A stretch of DNA of 64,000 nt, taken from Spiribacter sp. Lineage in GTDB: Bacteria; Pseudomonadota; Gammaproteobacteria; Nitrococcales; Nitrococcaceae. Below are positions 9,495-18,122 of this stretch, in pieces. Position 1 is the first letter of the stretch; each line of letters opens with the position of its first letter. A program made the translations under genes and the position numbers. A model generated the notes under the pieces. It made no database searches and was not told where the DNA came from. It saw only the letters and a program-made list of their open reading frames with translations. The stretch is taken from NCBI GenBank assembly GCA_965662395.1, contig CBFIIM010000001.1:9596-73595 (forward strand), given 5' to 3'.

Positions 9495-9541
9495 ACACAA
9501 TATGTAACAACAAATACCCCCTTTGCCACTACATATTGTGC
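9495..9541. promoter_or_regulatory. Tandem NrdR boxes upstream of nrdJa
   Basis: CCACTACATATTGTGC at 9526-9541 matches acaCwAtATaTwGtg well. A weaker ACACAATATGTAACAA starts at 9495, 31 bp away, the typical spacing. Confidence 0.8.
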
Positions 9542-9586
9542 GAACAGGCCTAGACTACCCCATGCATCAGGCAAGTCAACCGATGA

Positions 9587-9733
9587 TTAACGACGCAGAA
9601 CGATCAACACACCAGCAGCAATGCCAAGCAGTGCCAAAATGACCTCATCATGGCGAAAATCGAGCTCTAGTAGCTCTTGTGCGCCGGTGACCAATAACCA
9701 AATCCCTAGCAGCAGCAGACCCAAATCTTTCAT
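9587..9733 (-). CDS. 48-aa two-helix membrane microprotein (not in ORF track)
   Basis: Translated by hand: MKDLGLLLLGIWLLVTGAQELLELDFRHDEVILALLGIAAGVLIVLRR*. AGAGG RBS upstream. Confidence 0.75.
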   Translation of the reverse strand: MKDLGLLLLGIWLLVTGAQELLELDFRHDEVILALLGIAAGVLIVLRR

Positions 9734-9750
9734 CAATGCCTCTTTGATTT

Positions 9751-10227
9751 TTAACATTCGATATCGTGTTCGGTCAGAGCAATAAAACGGGTCCCATCGC
9801 AGTCCGGCTGCAACACAATCACGTCGGCCTTACGCACTACCCCTGGCCCCAACCCAAAGCTCTGATGCGCTAGCGCCTCAACGCTGGGCTTCTCAAGAGC
9901 CGTTTCAGGCACGTCCAACAAAAACCCCACAATCCGATCATCATCTAGAGCCATGGCCCACTGTGCTTCGGTATGGGCTCGCGCCAGTTCACGCACCAAA
10001 TCCGCATCGCCGTCCCGCGATGACTGCGCCAGTGCAGCTAACAAACGCCGGCCAAGATCTTCTGATGCGGCAGTGCTGTCATCACCAGGCACCTGGGCGC
10101 CACCGGCCTCTACAAACGCCCGCGCAAACACCAGCGGGTCGGCTGTGCCGTGATCGCGCACCGCTTGCCGGGCAATCTCAACGGCTTTTTGGATCCGGGC
10201 CACTTGCCGGGCGCGAAAACCGGCCAT
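9751..10227 (-). CDS. Hypothetical protein; C-terminal half resembles a phage head-morphogenesis domain
   Basis: ATG overlaps the TerB stop codon. Segment ELARAH...DDDRIVGF...FGLGPGV.RK. Resemblance from recall only. Confidence 0.65.
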   Translation of the reverse strand: MAGFRARQVARIQKAVEIARQAVRDHGTADPLVFARAFVEAGGAQVPGDDSTAASEDLGRRLLAALAQSSRDGDADLVRELARAHTEAQWAMALDDDRIVGFLLDVPETALEKPSVEALAHQSFGLGPGVVRKADVIVLQPDCDGTRFIALTEHDIEC

Positions 10228-10724
10228 TACTCGAAGCTTTCGTAATCGGTGAAATGACTCTGGGTGCTGTACTCACGCTGGACGCGCAATTTAGCGGCAA
10301 TGAACTGACCATGCTCGACATGCAGCAGCTCTGAAATCTTGCGCACCAGCTGCTCCTCGTAGCGGTCCATTTCGGCATCAGCCAGACAGACTCGCCAGAG
10401 CAGCTCGACGATCTGGCATTTCTGCGCGTAATCAAACTGTGTGTTAATTAGCTGGGTAAACTCAAAATGATCCGTGGCCTCATGGGCTTCAAGGTCGGCC
10501 AGTTCAATCAGCTCTGCCGTCTCCGCCGGCGTGAGATCAAACACCTCCATGATGCCATCATGAATAGCCTGAAACTCCAGACTATGGCGCTCATTGTCGG
10601 CCTGCGCCATTTCGATTAACAACGCAGCGGTGGCTAACTGCAGCCGATGCTGCGGGGACTCACCAGCTTCGGTGGTTTGCGGATTAATCCGCTGTTCATA
10701 GAAACGTTTAATTGCCTCGAGCAT
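10227..10724 (-). CDS. TerB-family (tellurite-resistance-like) protein
   Basis: LQLATAALLIEMAQAD, FTQLINTQFDYAQK, LWRVCLADAEMDRYEEQLVRKISELLHV. Confidence 0.88.
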   Translation of the reverse strand: MLEAIKRFYEQRINPQTTEAGESPQHRLQLATAALLIEMAQADNERHSLEFQAIHDGIMEVFDLTPAETAELIELADLEAHEATDHFEFTQLINTQFDYAQKCQIVELLWRVCLADAEMDRYEEQLVRKISELLHVEHGQFIAAKLRVQREYSTQSHFTDYESFE

Positions 10725-10767
10725 CGTCCAAGCTCATCCCGATTACCTGCTCCAATGCCATTACTTA

Positions 10768-12285
10768 TCAGGGCTCGGGGACTGTGTCGACCGCCGCGAG
10801 CTCTCCGGAGGCGTCAATTAAAAGCCGTTGCCCCACGCGCAGGCGGTCTGGATCAGTCAATCGATTAATGGCCGCCAGTCGCTGTGAGGCAACACCATGG
10901 CGGGCAGCAATGGCCCCCAAGGTATCTCCCGGTCGAACTTCATAATGCCGACCGCCCACGGGCGTCGGCATCGCACCGGCGACTGGCAGCATCAGCTGTT
11001 GACCAGCCCGAATACGATGGGCGTTGGACAACCCGTTGCGTGCCATGAGCGCTGACTGACTGACGCCATACCGCGACGCGATCTGCGAGAGCGTATCGCC
11101 GGCCACAATTCGATGCGCCACATCAGGACGCTGACCCCGGTAGACTCTGGAGGGTGGCAATGCGGCCACAGCCTGATCCCAGGCGCTCTGGCCCTCCGCC
11201 GGCAGCGTCAGCGCATAACCGGCCGGAATAAATTTACGGCCATCCCAAACCGCGGGACCCAAGGCGGGATTGAATGCCTGAAGGGTCGCTTCATCGACCG
11301 GCAGTGATTCCACGAGCGTGGAGACAGGCGTGTAGTGCGGCAATGTCACTTTGGCCACCACCTCCCGGGGGTCCAGCGAGATGTCCCCGAAATAACGCCT
11401 GGCGTTGGCATCCACGTCGGCTGCTGCCAGCAGAGCCGGATAGAAATTACGCGAGGCAAAACCAAAACGCGGCCCGTCATACTGTCGACGAATGGCTAGG
11501 TAATCCTTGGTGCCAACTTCACTGGCTGCTCGACGCATACCGTTAAGCCCGTGGTTATAAGCGGTAATTGCCAAGGGCCAGCTGCCAATCTGTTCGTAGT
11601 TATAGGCCAACAGCTGGGCAGCAGCGCGACTGCTCTCCCAGGGATCAAGGCGCTCATCAAGCACCGGGTCGATACGCATAAAGCGCCGCCCCGTGCCGGC
11701 GGTAAACTGCCACAAGCCGGCAGCACCGGCATGTGAGCGGGCCAGCGGATTGAATGATGATTCGACATGCGGCAGGGCCACGAGCGCCTGGGGGACGCCA
11801 TACTCCTCAAGCACCTGCTGAATGTGGGCACGCCAGCGTCCGGAGCGGATCAAACCTTCCAGAAAACGCTCGCGCAGCCCGCCCTGAAAGCGCACACGAT
11901 CTGCCAAAGCCAACGCTTGGGTGCTAGTCATATCCGCCGGCAAACGGGTCAGCAACTGAGCTTGGAGAGGGGTAGCAGGCTCCATGGACTGATCAGCCAG
12001 CGCACGCAATGCGCCGCGATACTGATCAAGCGCAGCGCGGACCTGCTGGCGCCGGGCTTGCCAATGCGGGGGCGGATCGACATCGACACGGCCAATCACC
12101 CGCATCGACTCATCCGTATCGTGAATAACGCCCTCGTTCACACGCAGTTCGGTGTAGATGTCCGTCCAAAATGCGATGGCGGGCTCAAGGGCAGCAGGCC
12201 GCGGCAGCGCCAAGGTTGCCGTTGAGCAGAACAACAAGGCCGTTGCCAGGGCCATCAGCAGCGTCAGGCGCGCACGGGGTATCAT
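10768..12285 (-). CDS. Lytic murein transglycosylase with two LysM domains (MltD-like)
   Basis: ALPHVESSFNPLARSHAGAAGLWQF; AITAYNHG; two GDTL..IA LysM repeats; signal peptide. Confidence 0.9.
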   Translation of the reverse strand: MIPRARLTLLMALATALLFCSTATLALPRPAALEPAIAFWTDIYTELRVNEGVIHDTDESMRVIGRVDVDPPPHWQARRQQVRAALDQYRGALRALADQSMEPATPLQAQLLTRLPADMTSTQALALADRVRFQGGLRERFLEGLIRSGRWRAHIQQVLEEYGVPQALVALPHVESSFNPLARSHAGAAGLWQFTAGTGRRFMRIDPVLDERLDPWESSRAAAQLLAYNYEQIGSWPLAITAYNHGLNGMRRAASEVGTKDYLAIRRQYDGPRFGFASRNFYPALLAAADVDANARRYFGDISLDPREVVAKVTLPHYTPVSTLVESLPVDEATLQAFNPALGPAVWDGRKFIPAGYALTLPAEGQSAWDQAVAALPPSRVYRGQRPDVAHRIVAGDTLSQIASRYGVSQSALMARNGLSNAHRIRAGQQLMLPVAGAMPTPVGGRHYEVRPGDTLGAIAARHGVASQRLAAINRLTDPDRLRVGQRLLIDASGELAAVDTVPEP

Positions 12286-12349
12286 GAAACCTCCCTGGCA
12301 TGGATAGTGCCGTTATGCCGATAGTAGCCCCGGGAGGTCGCACGAGACA

Positions 12350-13762
12350 ATGCAAGCTATGCAGTGGATTGCCGTCATTGCGGTTGTCCTGATCTCAACC
12401 GGCAGTGCGTTACATGCCCTGCTGTACAAACGCGAACCCTCTGCGGCCTTTGGCTGGATCGCCTTTTGCCTGCTATTTCCGATTATCGGCCCGATTCTCT
12501 ATCTGCTCCTAGGCGTTAACCGAGTGCGTATGCGTGCCCGCCAGCTACGCGGCGACCAGGAACCGAATCAGACCCAGGCCGCCGATGCGACCGCCGCGCC
12601 CATTCCGCCGGCCTTTCGCACTCAGGCACAAATCTCAACCGCCGTCACGGGACGGCCCATCACCTATGACAACCATGTCGAGAGCCTAACGAACGGCGAG
12701 CAGGCCTATCCGGCCATGCTTGAGGCCATCGCCGCGGCTAAGCATCGTGTCTTTCTCTCTACCTATATTTTTGAGAGCAATCAGACCGGGCAGCAATTTG
12801 TTGACGCCCTGGCAGCCGCTCATGACCGCGGAGTTGATGTGCGGGTACTGCTCGATGGCGTTGGAGAGTGGTACAGCTGGCCACATATCCGACGCCAGCT
12901 TCGGCGCCGAGGGTTACGCGTTGCCCGCTTTCTCCCGCCCGGTCTTCTACCCCCCAAACCGGTCGTTAACCTGCGCAACCATCGCAAACTGTTACTGATC
13001 GACCGGCGCGTTGCCTTTGTGGGCGGGATGAATATCGGCGACCGACATCGACAGGATGGCAACGGGGCTCGAGTCGGCATTCGTGATTTACACTTTTGCA
13101 TCAAAGGTGCGCTAACACAGCAACTAGAATCCATATTCCTGGATGACTGGGCCTTTGCCACCGGTGATCATCAGCTGCCCTCCCCGTTGGATTTACCGAC
13201 CCCCAGCAAAGGCTCTGCACTCTGCCGCGCCTTATCTGATGGCCCCAATGAAGATCTCCATCGCCTGACCATGGTACTGGTCGGTGCAGTGGCCGCCGCC
13301 CGAGAGCGGATTGCCATTATGACCCCGTACTTTCTGCCACCCAGAGAGCTAGTGGCCGCCCTTCAGGCCGCTGCTGTGCGCGGCACCCGCGTTGACATTA
13401 TCTTGCCGGGCAAAAACAACCTGCCCTTTATGCACTGGGCAACCCGCAACATGCTCTGGGAACTAGTGAAATGGGGGGTTAGGGTTTATTACCAACCCGG
13501 CAGCTTTGACCACACCAAACTACTGGTCGTCGACGGCCAGTACACGCAAATCGGTTCAGCCAATTTGGATCCACGCAGTCTCAGACTGAATTTCGAGGTG
13601 GTTGTGGAGGTCTATGACAGCGCCTTCGGAGCATCCATGGCCCAGCATGTTGAGACAATCCGCCAACGCTCGGAGCGGGTAACGCTGGAAGCGCTTGACT
13701 CCAGGCCGCTGCTACCCCGCATCCGCGATGCCATCGCCTGGCTGTTTACGCCTTACCTGTAA
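12350..13762 (+). CDS. cls: Cardiolipin synthase (PLD family)
   Basis: Two N-terminal TMs; two HKD motifs (NHRKLLLID, HTKLLVVD); GSANLDPRS. Confidence 0.9.
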   Translation: MQAMQWIAVIAVVLISTGSALHALLYKREPSAAFGWIAFCLLFPIIGPILYLLLGVNRVRMRARQLRGDQEPNQTQAADATAAPIPPAFRTQAQISTAVTGRPITYDNHVESLTNGEQAYPAMLEAIAAAKHRVFLSTYIFESNQTGQQFVDALAAAHDRGVDVRVLLDGVGEWYSWPHIRRQLRRRGLRVARFLPPGLLPPKPVVNLRNHRKLLLIDRRVAFVGGMNIGDRHRQDGNGARVGIRDLHFCIKGALTQQLESIFLDDWAFATGDHQLPSPLDLPTPSKGSALCRALSDGPNEDLHRLTMVLVGAVAAARERIAIMTPYFLPPRELVAALQAAAVRGTRVDIILPGKNNLPFMHWATRNMLWELVKWGVRVYYQPGSFDHTKLLVVDGQYTQIGSANLDPRSLRLNFEVVVEVYDSAFGASMAQHVETIRQRSERVTLEALDSRPLLPRIRDAIAWLFTPYL

Positions 13763-14450
13763 AAGGCAGCAGCGCCATCCAACCACCAACGATAGCCATC
13801 ACCGCACCCACTGTCAGCGCCGTTCGCAGATGCCGAAACCAGCGCGGCATGCCCGCTGCCCCGTGTCGGGATTCCCAAACACGCCAACCGACAAAACACA
13901 GGGCCAGCACTGGCAAGCCCACCACCGGAGGCACTAATAACGCTGCCCAACCGATGAGGGCCGGCACAACAGAGGCCTGAATGGCCTCTGCCGAAGGCTG
14001 CGCCTGAGTAATCGCAATACCCCAGTGAATCGCCCCGATAAATGAAAGAATAATCGCAGCATAGGCCACCAACCAACCGGCCAGCCAGACGGGCCCAACC
14101 CAGACACCCAGTGCAGTGGCAAAAAATGGCAACAACCCCAGGTATCCCATCCAGGCTGCCGCTGGTGGCCGTTGATCGGCCGTTTGCAAACGCGCCTGAG
14201 CCTCGCGCAACCCGCCAATAAACTGACCATCGACAAATACCTGTGGCAGCGTGGCGCAGCCGGTCTGTGACTTAAGCCGCGCAAACTCATTACGACTTTG
14301 CGACGAACCCATACTCATTTCCACACTGCGCCACGACTCACCGGCGGCATCCAGCGCGTCGTCCAGCCCGGCCAAATCCGTGACTGGCGAATGAAAGACC
14401 ACCACATGGGCGCTGTGCTGAAGCGTCTTCAAATTATTGGCTTCGCTCAT
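13746..14450 (-). CDS. Glutaredoxin-like domain fused to DUF3429 membrane domain
   Basis: TLPQVFVDGQFIGG Grx motif, then GYLGLLPF, YAAIILSFIGAIHWG and PRWFRHLRTALT. GGAG RBS before MSEANN. Confidence 0.8.
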   Translation of the reverse strand: MSEANNLKTLQHSAHVVVFHSPVTDLAGLDDALDAAGESWRSVEMSMGSSQSRNEFARLKSQTGCATLPQVFVDGQFIGGLREAQARLQTADQRPPAAAWMGYLGLLPFFATALGVWVGPVWLAGWLVAYAAIILSFIGAIHWGIAITQAQPSAEAIQASVVPALIGWAALLVPPVVGLPVLALCFVGWRVWESRHGAAGMPRWFRHLRTALTVGAVMAIVGGWMALLPFTGKA

Positions 14451-14545
14451 GTGATTCTCCATACCGCGGAATGATTGGCCCATAATAGGGTCAAAAGCCG
14501 CGCATGCCCAATGCGCCAAATGAACGAAATACAAAGGAGACCGCC

Positions 14546-15106
14546 ATGTCGGCCCGCCGTTTTATGCCGCATGCAACGCTTGCCGCGCTTGTGCTGATCA
14601 TCGCTGGATGCGCCGGTGTACAACCAGAAGATTACGCCGGTGAAACCCCCGAATTCCTGATCGAGGAATACTTCGATGGCCAAGTGCTGGCCTGGGGAAT
14701 GTTCCAAAAACGCAATGGCGAGGTCGCGCGACGATTCACCGTCGATATTGATGGCACCGTTGAGGGCAACCAAATCACACTGGATGAACACTTTGTCTAC
14801 GACGACGGAGAGACCGACAGGCGGGTGTGGGAGATCACAAAGCTCGACGAGCACACCTACGAGGGAACCGCCGGCGATGTCATAGGAACCGCCACGGGCA
14901 AGCGCTACGGCAATGCACTCAATTGGACCTATGTGCTGGCCCTCGACGTCGGCGAGCGAACCTTTAACCTAAAATTTGATGACTGGATGTATCTGACCGA
15001 TCAGGACACGCTCATCAACACGGCCACGGTCAGCAAATTCGGCTTCCGAGTGGGCACCGTGACCCTGTTCTTCCGTCGCCAGCCTTCGACAGAGCCCACG
15101 CCATGA
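14546..15106 (+). CDS. DUF3833-family lipoprotein
   Basis: Lipobox IAGC; YFDGQVLAWGMFQ; FDDWMY; AAGGAG RBS. Confidence 0.85.
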   Translation: MSARRFMPHATLAALVLIIAGCAGVQPEDYAGETPEFLIEEYFDGQVLAWGMFQKRNGEVARRFTVDIDGTVEGNQITLDEHFVYDDGETDRRVWEITKLDEHTYEGTAGDVIGTATGKRYGNALNWTYVLALDVGERTFNLKFDDWMYLTDQDTLINTATVSKFGFRVGTVTLFFRRQPSTEPTP

Positions 15107-15687
15107 GAATCATTGCTTGTCTGCTGCTCTGGGCCTTCACACTGGGTGGGGTATCAACGACTCTGGCCTCAGACAGCGTTGAGGAGCACGGCGCGCGCTT
15201 TGAACGGGTGGCTGATATCAACGGCAACCCGCTGAGCCTTGCTGGCACAGGCGTTGCCAAATACCGGATCGTTTTTACCGTTTACGCCGCCGGGCTTTAT
15301 CTGCCCGAGGGCACCTCAACGGCAAACGTGCTCTCGGCCACTACCCCTCGGCGCCTGGAGATTGAGTATTTCCACAACATCAGTGCCGAGGACATTATTC
15401 GCGCCGCCAATACCAAGCTAGAAAGCCAGCTGACCGCTGATGAGTTGGCTGTGTTGCAGCCTGCTATTGATCGTTTTCACGATCTCTACCAGGCCGTCAC
15501 GAAAGGCGATCGCTATCGAATGGATTATCAGCCAGGTATCGGTACGACACTTAGCTTTAACGGCCAGCCCGTTGGAACCGTTGCCGGAGGCGACTTTGCC
15601 ACCGCGTATTTTGGTATCTGGCTGGATCAGGATGATCCGCTGTCACCCAAGCTCAGAGAAGCGTTACTGGCCTCCATCAAGCGTTAA
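15103..15687 (+). CDS. Periplasmic chalcone-isomerase-like protein
   Basis: Signal peptide; LAGTG...FTVYAAGLYL; FATAYFGIWL; ATGA overlap with the upstream gene. Confidence 0.8.
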   Translation: MRIIACLLLWAFTLGGVSTTLASDSVEEHGARFERVADINGNPLSLAGTGVAKYRIVFTVYAAGLYLPEGTSTANVLSATTPRRLEIEYFHNISAEDIIRAANTKLESQLTADELAVLQPAIDRFHDLYQAVTKGDRYRMDYQPGIGTTLSFNGQPVGTVAGGDFATAYFGIWLDQDDPLSPKLREALLASIKR

Positions 15688-17159
15688 AACGCCCGATGGC
15701 GAGCCAACGACTCGGCAATCTCGCCACGAAAGTCCAGCGCGGCATCCCGCGGCCGGGTAAGCAGACTGACCACCACAAATAGCCCTAAGCTGACACCGGC
15801 CACTGAAAACGACAGCATCGGGTTGAACACACTGACACCCTGAATCAGCGCAAGCCACAGTGCGAATGCCCCACCTCCAGCCATACTGGCCAGGGCACCG
15901 GCGGCTGTTCCGCGGCTCCAGAAAAATGCCCCAATAATGGCGGGTACCGCCACCAGCAATCCAGCAGCGGACAATGCCGCCAGCTGATCGACAATCCGAG
16001 CCTGCTGCAGTGCGAAATAGCTGGCAAAAAGAATGACTACCACCATCACCGCCCGGCCCGCCATGATCTGTCGGGCATCGCTAGCATCCTGATCACGACG
16101 CACAAAATCCCGAGCCACCATGGCGCCAACGGTCAGCGCAATCGAGTCAAGCGTCGAGACCGCAGCCGAGAGAATTCCCAGAATCAACAGCAGCGAAACC
16201 CACAGCGGCACGGCCCCGGAGGTTAACAGCGCGGGGGTAGCCATCGAGGTGTTTTCTAGCCCCGGGGCAAGCTGCAGAGCCGCAAACCCCCAGATCACCG
16301 CGACTAGGGTAAACAGCAACCCAAAGCCCAGCACCCAGAGAATCATCCGTCGCATGGCGGTGAAATCCCGAAGAATAAACAGCCGCTGACTGACTTGGGG
16401 ATTAGACAGGGCAAAGAAAAACCAAGGGAATGACAGGGCGATAAAGGTCCCAAAACTCCAAAGCCCCGGGCCTGGCACTTCAAGCCATTGGGCATGATCA
16501 GCCTGCGCCGTTGCTAGAAAAGGCCCCCACCCACCCAGTGTTGAGATGGCAAAACCGACCGCCAATAAACCTGAGACCACCATCACCACGGACAAGGCCG
16601 CATCGGTCCAGGCCACCGAGCGCAGCCCGGCAACCACTGCCCAGAACATGGCTAGCCCAGCGCCTACGGCAATGGCTTCAAATAAACTGATTTGCCCCCC
16701 AGTCACGCCGGATAAAAGCAGGCCAATGCCGGCCATTTGGGTTGTACAATAAGGCAGCAAAAACACCAGACTGACTGCAGCCATTAGTCGGGCGACACCA
16801 CGGCTGCCATAGCGGGCACCCACCATTTCAGCCGGCGAGATGAAACCCCAGCGTTTGGCCACCAACCAGAATCTCGGCGCAAAAATCACCAGCAAAGTAA
16901 GACCGGCAAAATAAATCAGCTCAAAGCCCAGCGCCCCGATACCACCGCGATAGGTTAAGCCGGTCAGGACCACCAGCATAAAAGCCGAGTAGGTGGTTGC
17001 TGCATACGACAGCCCAGCCACGACGCCGCTGACATCACGTCCGCCCAGATAATAATCACCCACGGTGCCGCGATTGGCCTTGGCCGCTCGCAATGCGATC
17101 GAAATACCGATTAATGCAAAAACGGCAATAACCGCCCAAACCAGCCCCGGCGCAATCAT
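15684..17159 (-). CDS. Sodium:solute symporter (SSS family)
   Basis: DYYLGGR, GLRSVAWTD, SAAVSTLDS; about 13 TMs. Start at MIAPG. Confidence 0.9.
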   Translation of the reverse strand: MIAPGLVWAVIAVFALIGISIALRAAKANRGTVGDYYLGGRDVSGVVAGLSYAATTYSAFMLVVLTGLTYRGGIGALGFELIYFAGLTLLVIFAPRFWLVAKRWGFISPAEMVGARYGSRGVARLMAAVSLVFLLPYCTTQMAGIGLLLSGVTGGQISLFEAIAVGAGLAMFWAVVAGLRSVAWTDAALSVVMVVSGLLAVGFAISTLGGWGPFLATAQADHAQWLEVPGPGLWSFGTFIALSFPWFFFALSNPQVSQRLFILRDFTAMRRMILWVLGFGLLFTLVAVIWGFAALQLAPGLENTSMATPALLTSGAVPLWVSLLLILGILSAAVSTLDSIALTVGAMVARDFVRRDQDASDARQIMAGRAVMVVVILFASYFALQQARIVDQLAALSAAGLLVAVPAIIGAFFWSRGTAAGALASMAGGGAFALWLALIQGVSVFNPMLSFSVAGVSLGLFVVVSLLTRPRDAALDFRGEIAESLARHRAF

Positions 17160-17332
17160 GCCGGATCCTGCCAACGGCTGACCGCCACGGCGATCGTCAA
17201 TGCCACCGCCACGCCAAAGCCCAACCAGAAAAGCGCGACCGCCCATCCGGAACCGCTACCGCCAAGCATCAAGTAGGGCACCAGCGTACCCATTAAGACC
17301 AAACCCGCGGTGATCATAAGCCAAGCTTTCAT
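17156..17332 (-). CDS. 58-aa two-TM accessory protein of the SSS transporter (not in ORF track)
   Basis: Translated by hand: MKAWLMITAGLVLMGTLVPYLMLGGSGSGWAVALFWLGFGVAVALTIAVAVSRWQDPA*. GAGAGG RBS; ATGA overlap with the SSS gene. Confidence 0.78.
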   Translation of the reverse strand: MKAWLMITAGLVLMGTLVPYLMLGGSGSGWAVALFWLGFGVAVALTIAVAVSRWQDPA

Positions 17333-17348
17333 TATCTGATCCTCTCGG

Positions 17349-18122
17349 TTATCGGTTCAACGCAACGGGCTGCCAGGAAAACCCAAGGGCTGAGATCGCT
17401 TTGCACAGCTCCGGCATGGCGGTGGCGACCGCATCCGGCGCCCCCCGCAAACCCAACTCCAGAGAACGCGCCTCGGTCCGGGTATTGGGCAGACAAGAAA
17501 GCCGCAACGCCGGATGCTCAAGCTCAAAGCGCTGCAATAGTGGAATGACATCGCTCTCGCGTGCGCCCTCCACGGAAATCGCCTGCTCGGCCACCCGATT
17601 GGGGTCCTGCCAGGCGGCATAGTGATGGTCGAGCACCCAAGTCATCATAGGCCAGGCCATCGTGGGGAAGCCTGGTAAAAAATAGTGGCGGTTGATACTA
17701 AATCCGGGAATCTGATTGATCGGATTGGGGATCAGTTCGGCCCCTTGAGGAAACTCCACCAAATGCCGGCGCTGCGGCGGCTCGATCGGCTTGCCAAAGC
17801 GCTCCTCCAGCAATGCCGTGCCCTCCGGATGAAAAGCCAGCGGCAGACCCAAGGCGTCAGCGGCACATTGCCGGGTGCGATCATCCGGCGTTGCCCCGAT
17901 ACCCCCGCAACTGAACACGACCTGATCACTGGCAAAACTCTCACGCAAAGTACGGGTAATCAGCCCCGCCTCATCACTGACAAAGCGCACCCAATTCAGT
18001 TCTAATCCACGCTCGGCTAGCTGAGCGCACAGGTAGGGAAAGTGTTTATCCTCGCGCTTACCCGAGAGCATCTCATCGCCAATGACGATCAGCCCGAACC
18101 CCCGTACTTCGTGGTCAGTCAT
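17349..18122 (-). CDS. CinA-like molybdopterin-binding-domain protein
   Basis: IVIGDEMLSGKREDKH, GGIGATPDDRT, FLPGFP; no PncC domain. Confidence 0.85.
   Translation of the reverse strand: MTDHEVRGFGLIVIGDEMLSGKREDKHFPYLCAQLAERGLELNWVRFVSDEAGLITRTLRESFASDQVVFSCGGIGATPDDRTRQCAADALGLPLAFHPEGTALLEERFGKPIEPPQRRHLVEFPQGAELIPNPINQIPGFSINRHYFLPGFPTMAWPMMTWVLDHHYAAWQDPNRVAEQAISVEGARESDVIPLLQRFELEHPALRLSCLPNTRTEARSLELGLRGAPDAVATAMPELCKAISALGFSWQPVALNR

Noticed and set aside
9429-9586. Cobalamin riboswitch upstream of nrdJa
   Set aside because: No B12-box recognised; the region is short and occupied by NrdR boxes.
1468-10724. Tellurite-resistance system from the TehA-like and TerB-like genes
   Set aside because: The genes are about 8 kb apart on opposite strands, no tehB or terZACD is present, and both families are functionally broad.
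9000-12300. Prophage remnant around the phage-like domain and lytic transglycosylase
   Set aside because: No terminase, portal, integrase or att sites. The transglycosylase is a cellular signal-peptide/LysM type.
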